DNA of 37,209 nucleotides from Perkinsus olseni (lineage: Eukaryota): contig JABANN010000344.1 in assembly GCA_013115125.1 (NCBI GenBank), positions 1-37,209 on the forward strand, given 5' to 3'. Of this stretch, positions 22,159-32,338 are shown piece after piece. Below the pieces are notes generated by a model. The model was not told the origin of the DNA, made no database searches, and worked only from the letters and a program-made list of their open reading frames with translations. The translations under genes and the position numbers were made by a program. How positions within the stretch are numbered: the first letter of the stretch is position 1; the number at the start of each line of letters is the position of its first letter.

Positions 22159-24222
22159 CAGGAAATTTTCCTGCGGAAAACTATTCCTCTTATTTCATAG
22201 GAAGAAATTCTTCATAGGTTCGCATTCAATGCGATCCAAGTCACTGACCTCTAAACTGACTTGAAGCCAGCTCAGCAAGGTCGAGGACACTGCACCGAAG
22301 ACATTCAATGAGGAAACAACCGAACTCCTCATCAACGTGGTAGTGGGCCGTTCAGGCCCTGAACTTCAGGGCCATGGTTGCCAGGCTGAGCAGTTCCTGG
22401 CGGCAACTCCCATGAGCTCCTGCCACTCTCCCCGGCGGAGAAGGTGAGACTCCGAACTCTACTATATCACCTCACTTCCAGTGACAAACCAGAATACGTT
22501 ATACCCTCGCGTCGCCGAATCACTCGGTCAGACACATGCACCCAACCGAGTTGGGCTGTCAGTCGCAGCCGCTCTGTACTCGATAATCAGACGATGACTA
22601 CTCAGAGGTTCTGCTGCTCCAAATATATCTCAAGTCTCGAGAATCTCAAGAGTTGAGATTCAAGAGTATGACGTCAACAGTAGTTGACTCCGAAGGTCGT
22701 AGCCGCGTCAAAATCATTCCTGCGCTGATCCACGATGGCACCGTCAGTGTTGGCGCCAACTTGGCGCCTATGCCATGCGCGCTAAATCTATGGTATTACG
22801 GATCGATGAAGCGGTCGAATTACTCTGCTTTAAATATGCGAAAGCCGATACAGGCTTTTCATTGAAAAATTTAAAAGTTGGCCAAGCTCACGGGCAACGC
22901 TTGGGAAATTAATCCGACTGATACGTTCAACCGACCCGCACATGCGATTGGACAGGTTGGGCTTCGGCGTCAATATAGCTCCCAGTGTCCTTAGAAGGAT
23001 CATAACGCATATTCTTCGGAGGGCTCCGAGATGAGAAACATATCCGACCAATCGACGAAGTAGAGCTGGAAGCCGCATTAAGAGGCTCAGGGTGGCAAAT
23101 TTAGGGAAACATTGGGCGAAGCTTCCTTCTTTCCGAAATTCCATGGAAAATTCAAGCTAATCAAACGCCGCCGTGAGTTCGAGTTCCTCAAGCTCATGAA
23201 GCGACATTGTCGCTGCGACATAGCGAGCTGAGTCCCTCAAGTGCATCTCCGTCATCTTGATCTAACTAATCTTGTTACCCAGCTTGCTAGTAGCAAGTTG
23301 CTACGGTAGCCCAGTTATCAGCGGCTCGCTGCATTGAAGTAGCACACCGGTCCTGGATCAGCTGTCAGGATCGGCTAAGCCGATTCGGCTTCCGTATCCA
23401 CGGTTGTCAGGCTAAGCAGTTCCTGGCGGCAACTCCCATGAGCTCCTCATACCGAATCCCGCTCCCAGGGAGCGTTTAACGGTCGTTATTCGAAACCAAA
23501 CTCAATGCGAAAGCAAACTATGTCAGTCACGTCGACGACGTGTGAATCGGCTGCTGACAGCTACTTGGCGTGGAATCTACAGCGTGGATGTATCAAACGA
23601 GAGCTGAACTTTGTCAGCCAAGGTACGTAACACTCGTGCAGAAAGCAATAGCAGAAGCCGGCGTTTCCACTCGGGCAACCGACCTCGCAGGCTGCACGGA
23701 AATGCTGCAATTTACGAACATCCAGAAAAGGCTCACTGAGTCAGGGTTGAGCGAATAATTCCCGAGTTCAACTCGGCAGCTCGGCGAGCTGCCAGAGGGA
23801 AGAGCCCGTCGGGTGGCTGGTGAGAGTTGCAGTATGACAATGACAATTTGAGCGGAAAACGAGATGAATGTTGCAAATTGCATCCCGCAACGCGGACGCG
23901 TAACCGAGCAACCGAGCCTCGTTCGACTTCACCCGAGGTCGAAGCTGAAGTCGAAGCAGTTTTCGACTACTTATGACATGACTTCGCGTAGATGCGGTGT
24001 CCCCTGACTCAACTTGGATTGAGTCTCGTGAACATGCCGTGGTGAATGTCATTCAGTGAATGGCTAGTACTCCACTTTGAATAATAGTAGAGACCATTGC
24101 TAGACGCCGCTGTGCGCGGCGGTCACAGCGGCGCTAGGCACATGCATCGCACACGATGCATCGGTCCGATGCCATCGGAGCTAACAGGTCTTAGTAACTT
24201 AGACTAAGTTAGACCGTCTAAC
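22159..24222. mobile_element. Cluster 1 of putative hAT-type excision footprints (T1-7 + rc(T) + T2-8)
   Basis: Perfect at 22350-22371, 23283-23304, 23370-23391 and 24158-24179. One mismatch at 22159-22180 and 23200-23221. Compound at 23762-23791, nested at 24187-24222. The sequence pattern is clear; the transposon origin is inferred. Confidence 0.8.
22372..23447 (+). repeat. 50-bp direct repeat (22372-22421 and 23398-23447), 3 mismatches
   Basis: ccaYggttgYcaggctRagcagttcctggcggcaactcccatgagctcct occurs twice, 1026 bp apart. Confidence 0.9.
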
Positions 24223-24429
24223 TGATACAACAAAGATTTCGCTCATCAAATGGAGGTCGATTTCTCACTGCTAGCCCCTAGTATACACGCTGTAGACGCA
24301 TATCTCAGTCAAGAGCTCCCTATCACTACCAGGATTGACTTAAGAGACTTCAGAGCGCGACAAAGGCGTTTAGATAGAGGAAAGACAGTAACGTTTGGTG
24401 AACTCCGAGGAGATTATCTACCAGTGAAC

Positions 24430-26678
24430 TCAGGATAAATCCATGGCAGCGGGGGCAGTGAACTGCCTGAGTGACGGGAACGGGTCATTCGAGGCACCTG
24501 TGAAGTTGATAATCTCTAATACTTCATGTAAAGCAACGGTACCTCCAGCTGGAGGCAATCCGGCAAGCATCTTCCCAGTGCGCGTATCTTCAGCAGCGCT
24601 CAGCTCCCGTCGAATTTCAATCGTGATCTGCAAAATGAAGTCAGCAACAGACCGGCTCGGTGTCCACGGTCAACCTGTGATACGTGCCGATATATCCATA
24701 ATTACCTCTTTATGAGGATGAGCCTTCATGACCGCCTTCAACGTTTGGATCTCCGATTGCGACAGCTCGTGTTTGTACCTGATACTTCCCAAATGGCAAG
24801 AGAGCGCTCGAGCGTAATGAGCGCACCTCTGCACGAATGCGAGGAGGGACTGATGCCACAGGACTGGCATCTCCCTCTCGTCCGGTATGAACCCCTTGTA
24901 ATGATCAACAACAGCAGTGACAGCTCTCTTAGGCAAAGAGTACCTCAGGAGAAGAGCGATGGCCATAGGAACAGCCCTATGGGCCTACTTCTTGTTGATG
25001 ATGGTCCTGATAGCGATGCTAGCGGTTGGACCGGGCCAGGAATAGCCAGAGAGCTGGCAAAGTCTGACTAGGGCAGCCGCAGAATGAAGCACCGGGAGGG
25101 AACACTTAGACAGCACCTGCAGATACTCGAACTCAGGAACACGAAAGCCGTTCAGATTGTTCACATAAAACAAGCGCCCCACAACCAATTTCACTCAGGG
25201 CACACGATTTACTCGCAGGCCATCACAAGTGCGGGAAGGACGCTGTTCAATCGGAAAGACAAGACCGGAACGTTGGTGGCAGTGCTCCCCAACCCGCATC
25301 CCATACTACACTGCAAACGATGACTGCCTCCCTGATGGTACAAGTAGGGCAGATAATCAACGGCAAGAAGATACCCTTGAACCACGCTGCTGGCTTGAAA
25401 GTAGCGGCCTAGGTTGAGCGGGAAAAATCGAACAGTTGAGAGGAGGCAGTTTACTTTGAGAGCCTCATAGTAGTGGAAATTGAGTCGTTTATTCACAGCA
25501 ATGTCCTCTCGAACAGCGGGAAGGAGCACCTGGAAAGACACTAATGAGAGCCAGCCTGATCCAAACGAGCAACAACGTACCAAGTTGAGGTATCTTTGCG
25601 CTTGCTTAGGGCTGAGGTTGGAAACGAAGATCTTCGTAGCTTCACGAGTAGCGGCAGGAGTCCATTCCACAGGATTAGTGATGAATAAAACCTGACCTCG
25701 GGACCACATGCCTTCTCCTGAGCAAGATCATCGCGATTACTTCTTCCCAGTTGATCAGACTCGGGATGATCTTGAACGCCTTAGGTATCTTACCGGACTT
25801 GTACGTACTCAACCACTTACCAATGTCAGAGTATCTACGAAAACACAGTCCCTTTAGCAGAGCGACTGCTGTAATTTTCCCTACACTCTCACAACCTGAG
25901 GGTTGATAGCCTCGCTAGCATCCTCAGCCGACTGAACCTTGGATCCTCCACCACTCGACCCAGCTTCTCGCTCACGAAGCTGAGCAAATTTCCTTCGTCT
26001 CTTGATCGTACATCGCGTAGTACCTTCTGTTCAATGATATCTGCGAGTGTCAATCTTTTGGGCTCCTCTTCGTTCGATCTGAACTGCGCCTGCGCGGCCT
26101 CGTCTGCCTCCGTGACCTCGGCTCCAATCCGGACCTAATTCCAATCAATGTTGACCGAGGCGAGGCGGCTATCAGCAACCCAAGAGCAACTCTTACACGG
26201 CCTTCTTCGTCCACTTCTACTTCGCCAGCTTCGACCTCGGGAGTCTGAGAACTCGCGAAGTGCCGTATGTACGGAGACATTCGCGTTACTTTAGCATCTC
26301 CATCTTCAGCTTCTTCCAACTGCTGCTGTTGTGCAGCTTTAAGAATACGTTCAGTAATCTTCGAAGGGACAGACTCCATGCCCTGACTTTAACCCGCTAC
26401 TCACTCTCCATTACAGAGTGTATGCTTCCTCACCTCGTCCGGCCCACCAGTCCCTCTATGGCGGCCCTTCTTCTCACGAGGCACTTTCGAAATCCCTGCC
26501 TCAGCATCAGCCTGATTAAAAGCATAATTATTAGAACGTTTTGTAAGATCCACGGGTAGGCGAATAGCCGTCCCTTTGTTCTGGCTAACCCCCCCGGTAG
26601 TACCTTCAAATCCTCGAGGAGAGGACCGCTGCGGAGCTTCTTAGTGTCCGTGGCCGAAGATCGAGGGGCGCGTGGCAT
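24430..26678 (-). CDS. BYSL: Bystin / Enp1 (40S ribosome biogenesis factor), multi-exon
   Basis: [93 protein letters not shown] and ITIEIRREL. Confidence 0.95.
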
Positions 26679-26923
26679 CAAATGTATAACTAAGCGACCT
26701 CAGGATACAGTAACGACTTCAATGCGGGTCGCCCGTGAGCGGGGTAAGAAGCATAAAAAATTGCAAGTCGTGAGGGTCGAACCTGGGACTTTCCGATAGC
26801 CACGGCACCTTATCGCGCGACTTGCTCTCTGGTATTTTCTCAACTTTCACGAACAAGACTGGACGGCAGGCACGCCTGGTATTATTCCAGTCTCAGTCAG
26901 TTTCTCCCTCTCCGTATTGAAAT

Positions 26924-28120
26924 ATGTGGAGGGCTGGTGTCCTCATAGTGAATCTATTAGTCATACACGTAAAGCTGAGTAACTTCTGCGAAGGAGCAAC
27001 TGGTACTGCCCGCCCCTACAAGAACGCCCTGGTTAAGATGCCTATCGAGGATGGGCATGTTACTGTGAATATTAACGGGCAGGATCAACACCTTCGTCTC
27101 GATACCGGCTCTTCTCAGCTGCGTGTCGTGGATGGTGACTGGTATGAGAGCCGATACGGTGAAGATGCCTGTTTGACGCCTAATAAAGGGTGTTTCTACT
27201 GCCCCAAGGAAGCGCTCTGTGACTTTGACAAGGATCCAACTCTCACGACATCGCACTCTGCTGACGGATCTATCATCAAGAGTCTGTCCCGCCATGGCTC
27301 CTTGACACTGGGTAGCTGCCGGATCGACAACTTTCCTTTCAGAGTGTCAAGAGAATTCTCGCCGAAACTCAAGCCACCACCGAGAGGCTACTTCGGCATC
27401 GCTGCTCCCCCGCAAAGTTTGCAGGGTTATCCTGACGGCTCGAGCTTCCTTGAATCTCTCTCTCGCTCCGGGACCATCACCAAGCAGGTTTACTTTGTTC
27501 GAGCACTCCCAACAAACTACTCAAAATACATCACTGGCGAACTGACGCTCGGTTACGGGATAGACAAATCCATGGCGGGGAGGAAAATCGGCTCCTTTCG
27601 CTTTTTTCATGGCCCATTGAGTCATCAGGGGTTCCCAACTGTGCGAATTGTCTTTGTGGGATTGTCGAACACAGGTGAGAGCCCCTCAGGTGGAGAAATG
27701 TATGCACACCGATATCGGAAAGTATTCCCGTCCGTCCTTGACACCGGGTCCACGGCGTTGTTCCTGCCACTACCGACCTTACTCGAAGACATAGTGATGG
27801 AGCTGAGAAGGAATCTTAGGGCTAAAGGGTACGAGGAGCGTGTGATCGCGAGCAAGTATCTTCTCAAAGACGGTAAGCTGGCGGTGTACAAAAACGTTGT
27901 GGACGCTCTACCAGTTCTCAACATACGTATAAGTGATCAAGGAATGAGCGTCCTTGTACAGCTGCATCCGAGGCACTACTGCCAGGATGCAAGGGTGCCA
28001 AATTCTTGTCAAGCTGCTGTAAGTTCTAGTAGTATCTCTAGCTTGGGAACTCCCTTCTTCTTGGCCTATAGTATGCAAGTCGACCACACGAATCATGAGA
28101 TATCTTTATTCGAGAATTGA
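26924..28120 (+). CDS. Secreted pepsin-like (A1) aspartyl protease, intronless
   Basis: Hydrophobic signal-like N-terminus, two catalytic motifs LDTGSS and VLDTGST, C-terminal LGTPFFLAYSMQVD. Confidence 0.9.
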   Translation: MWRAGVLIVNLLVIHVKLSNFCEGATGTARPYKNALVKMPIEDGHVTVNINGQDQHLRLDTGSSQLRVVDGDWYESRYGEDACLTPNKGCFYCPKEALCDFDKDPTLTTSHSADGSIIKSLSRHGSLTLGSCRIDNFPFRVSREFSPKLKPPPRGYFGIAAPPQSLQGYPDGSSFLESLSRSGTITKQVYFVRALPTNYSKYITGELTLGYGIDKSMAGRKIGSFRFFHGPLSHQGFPTVRIVFVGLSNTGESPSGGEMYAHRYRKVFPSVLDTGSTALFLPLPTLLEDIVMELRRNLRAKGYEERVIASKYLLKDGKLAVYKNVVDALPVLNIRISDQGMSVLVQLHPRHYCQDARVPNSCQAAVSSSSISSLGTPFFLAYSMQVDHTNHEISLFEN

Positions 28121-29221
28121 CAGTGCGAGAAACATGCTGCGAGAAGTTATGATCATGTTGCTGTTGTGATGTTGTTCTGAACCGACATCTGTGAGTGATG
28201 TGTCGGAGTACTCAGTGTTCTGAGTGTCAGTACCACCCAGCGAATACCCGCAGAGGAGCGCTGCCGGTAAGAGGACCCTTTGGATCTCCTTGAGGCCAGC
28301 GGACGATCTGCCGATGTGACTCAGGTTGCTCAGACTCTGAGTACTTAGTCGCTGGGCTGTACTCTGAGTATCTGAGTAGTTAGTTGCATTACCGTAGTAA
28401 CCTACTTTGAACCGCTGAACCTTGCCCAAAGGGAAAGCTTATCGGCTTCGAAGTGCCTTGACGTCAAAGGATAACCACCGAAGTGCCTGCGCGTTTATAC
28501 CACGATATCGCTCCCTAGTAGACACCCTCTCTGTGAGGAACTCGCCCCTCATTACGCAAGTGCGATACTGCCACAGTATGCCATCTCAGCTGAGTTTCAT
28601 CTTGATATAATAATCATCAAACCCGAGTATCTTCGGGTCCTGGAGCTGGTGGACCAGCCAGCCGATGCCTTGCTACAAAACCCTTGTGAGGTTCTATCTG
28701 TCGCGAAGGTTCAGCCACCCGGGCTCGAGCGGTTAGCGACTGTTACACATGCAGAAAGGCTCAGCGGCGGCGCCGAGCGAACGCGCTCTTATTACCTGCC
28801 GAGTCGGCAGGTAATAGTCGGCAGTGCCGACTATGTGAGTCGGCTATGTATGCCGCAGCTATGTGAGTCGGCAGTGCCGACTCACTAACACAACTACCTT
28901 GCAAGTCGCAGGTATTACTTAGCGACAAGTAGAGATGAGATGAGAGAGATCGAAGAGCGAAGAGATACTTATCGAAAGGGATTTGTTTTAGCACCGTGAA
29001 ACTTCCACTAGAGACTTTGCCCCAGTCGAAGTTCACCAGCTGAACTACCTATGCTTATTATACCTGTTACAGATGACGTATATAGCACTCCGGTAGAATG
29101 TATCGAACAATGAGCTTTCTGCCCTCGCAGGTTGCAGGAGCCTTCACTTGAGTAGCGAGCAGTGGGCACTATGTGAAGAGCACACAGGGTACATGACCTT
29201 CTGAATCGTATCACAGACTCT

Positions 29222-29633
29222 TCAGCAGTTCCCATTCTTCAGGACGTACACTTCGCAGTCACCTCGAGGTTCGAGGATTATGACATCAGGCCCAGGGAAG
29301 TAAGCCACACGCTGCCAAAACTGGGGATATAAGGAATACGCTTTGGCAAAGTTTGTGAACTGCTCGGACGACACATCGACCTCGATACGATGGTCTGCGA
29401 AGCCTAGGATGGGAATGCCGTCGGCACGGACCTGTGTGTCACCCGTCAAAGTGAGAATAGTCATGGTGCCTTCCGACTCGGAAGGCACCTCTCGGAAGTT
29501 CCGAGAAACCGAGCGCCCAATCGTACCCGCGCGCCTCTCTACACGGAGTACAGTAGTGCTCACTGCGAGGAGTGAAGGCCTCGGTGCTCCTAACTGCGAG
29601 GGCCACCAGGCAGAAGATAGCGGTGCTTATCAT
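29222..29633 (-). CDS. Small, probably secreted hypothetical protein (signal-peptide exon plus second exon)
   Basis: Signal-like MISTAIFCLVALAVRSTEA, a GTGAG donor-like site, then another open frame ...GTMTILTLTGDTQVRADG...DVIILEPRGDCEVYVLKNGNC*. Splice junction not fixed. Confidence 0.55.
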
Positions 29634-31126
29634 AGATCTTTCGGTAACTCTGACAAAAGCCTAACAAGGTAGCGTGTCTTGAGGCATTGAAACTGGCCCT
29701 CACTAAAGTTGAGGATTCGCTCCAAATCAAACTAAGCGCGAAAGTGAGGAGCGTTGACGGGCAGGTCACAGCGGTGCAGCTTACAGGGTTCTAGGCACGG
29801 AATAGCTCAATGGATTGCTGTAGGGCACAACTTGTGCCGCACAAGCTGCGCCCATCTGACGGGAACGGGCAACCAGGGATTGGGGCCTCTGCACACTGTT
29901 TGACTTTTACGGCGAGGCCTCTCAGCGGTGATAGCCCCCCAACTTGGCTGTCTCGGGAATCCCGAGTCGGGATCCCCTCTCTTCAGCGAACTACTGCTGA
30001 TAACGCTGGTCCTTTTTGCCTTTACGTCTGTTGAAGGAGACACATTATGGCGATCAAGGCTTGAGCGTAGCTCATATGTGCATGCGTCGAAAGCTCTGCG
30101 GGCGTGTCTTAGCTGCAGGTCGAGTCTTCCCAGTGCCAACTCGAGGGCGTCATTGACTGCAAAGTTACTAGAAAATTAGAGAGATACTAAGTATGATTAG
30201 GATATCATCAGGCAAGTCATACTCATAGTTTCATGTTTCGGGAGTAATCCGCAGCTGCAGTACGTGATGCGTACTACGCATATCCATAGCTCAGTCCGCT
30301 ATGTCCCTGCCTGCAGCGGAGCGGTCGTCAGCATATTCATGAAAAGTAGGCTTCAATTAGGAGCCCTTCTTAAAGAGTGCTGTGCGCAGCACCAACCTTA
30401 GGGGACAGACTTTTTGTGTTATTTGGGGAGAGGAGCCTTTTTAGGCGCAGTTTCAGCCTCGAAATATGCCAAAACCCCAGAATCTGGAGCCCATATTCTA
30501 GAGTCCACAAGATCCTCGACAAGCTACCTTCGGAACATCGTTGTCCGGACTAACGCCGACATCGTCGGGCGCAGCCCAACATTTAGGAAACGGAAGTGAC
30601 TCAATCTCGGCTCAGCCGGCAGTGTACTTACGTGACGTAAGTATATGTAAGCACGTAAGTATAGATAACTTACCTAAGGTAAGTTACGTACCTCACGGGG
30701 TAGTCATTGCATGCGGTCGCATTGGTGCCGAGTCGGCACTGCCGACTATCCCACTCGCCGAGTGGCACCAAGCGTATTTCACGCTAGCATTGTCACCCCG
30801 CATTCGGGAGTACCGCAGCGGGGCATGAAGTGTAGAGATTGTCCCTATATTGCACAGTGATTGTCTCATATTATAAGTTTTTGCTGCGTGACACAGCCTG
30901 TGTCGTTCATACCGTGACGCTAGAGCGCATTACTCAGATGCTATTGTTATTTTAGCTCGTGCAAAACCCGCGACCTTTGCTCATACGGAGTGCTTTGGGT
31001 TCGCGTGGGGTTTAACTTACTACGAAGTGCGGAGACAATTCCGGAAAAGTTGTTTCGGCATCTCTGGTATACCGCCAAGTCCGTCGCGGTAAACCGGCGG
31101 GCATTCCGGAGATTATGTATCACACG

Positions 31127-32338
31127 GTGACAAACTCAACATTCTGGAGATGATTGGTTCATCAGCTTTAAAAGCTGTGCTACAACTCCCTCTTAAATCC
31201 AGAATCTGAATAGCATCTTCCTCATACGTAAGAGGCGAAATAATGGGTCGGGGAGATATGCTGACTCTAAAAACTGTGGAACGCTCCCGTGTCCTTCATG
31301 AACAGTTCAAGAGACATCTCGAGCGGCCTCCCGGATTGAGTAGGGAGAACCAGAGGCTCTGGTCCAGAGCTGCTGTCGTTGTCTGTAATCTCGGCTTCGA
31401 AGCCCTGAAGAGAGGATAATACCACTCTCGAAGAATCAATCCACGGAACGCGTCTGTGTACTTCTGATACTCTAGGGGGGACTAGAGTTGAGTCTGTCGG
31501 ACTGCGTACGACCACGTCGGGACTGGTTGGACGGGGAGTGGGTGGTGATGTAGACCTCAAACACGTCCACGGCCACGAGAACGAGGATCTTCTTTTAACC
31601 TGCTCGTAATCCCGTGACACCCGTTCTAAGCCGAACATGTGAAGAAAGGATCTTATTCCTGCTCACTGTCCGGTTATGTAGAGACTGGACGGCCAGAGCA
31701 CTCATATGCTCTCTTCTCATGTTCTGCAAGGATTTCCTCCTGTCATTCCATTCCCTGTTGTCGCACCACAGCTGACGAATTGTTTGTAAATTCTCGTCGT
31801 AGAGCTTCTGACGATGCTGACAATAGAGAGCTCGATATTCAGTTGAAGGAGTAGATAATGGCAGTGACAACAATCACAACGGGAAGCTGCGCCCGCATGA
31901 ACGAGGAAATCTGTACGGACGTTTGGGTCCTCACCTTAATTTCTCTGGAATGCATTCTCTCAAGTCTTTCTTGCTCCTCAGCGCACTTCCGCAGCTTCTG
32001 TTCCAGCAGTCTCGCGTATTCTTTGAGACCTTCGTAGTCTTCACGCGGCACAGTCATGTTAAGCTGTAAAAATCTGCGGAATATGGGTCTTCCCTACTAT
32101 TGTTATGACTCAACACCCAATGAGTTGCTGAATATTCGTGGTATGCAGCATATAGACTCAATTAAGCTGAGACGCCATTCAAGGCAGCACCGGGAGTGAT
32201 GCTGCCTTCAGGGCCACTTTACACTCTCGAGGCCTCTTACTACGTCTATCATCAGAGAGGCTCTGGTAGAGGATTTCGTGATAGCTGAACAGAACGAGGC
32301 CCGACTTCGTGACCTGCAGAGGGCTCCTGAGTCGTTTC
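31127..32338 (+). repeat. 1.2-kb segmental duplication, copy 1
   Basis: Colinear with 35942-37138. The offset is 4815 at the left end and 4800 at the right, explained by indels of 14, 3, 1 and 1 nt. Confidence 0.97.
31267..32057 (-). CDS. Hypothetical spliced coiled-coil protein, copy 1
   Basis: MTVPREDYEGLKEYARLLEQKLRKCAEEQERLERMHSREIK|HRQKLYDENL... with GTGAG donors. The phase of the 3' exons is uncertain; may be a pseudogene. Confidence 0.55.

Noticed and set aside
22830-23144. Minus-strand FPKFATLSLL...SSTSSIGRICFS as a hAT C-terminal dimerisation domain remnant
   Set aside because: It needs a frameshift, the resemblance is weak, and the plus strand reads equally well as a decayed spliced gene. 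An HMM search would be required.
28106-28429. 107-aa minus-strand ORF downstream of the protease
   Set aside because: Non-ATG start, low-complexity S/T/D content and no motif; it cannot be supported as a gene.
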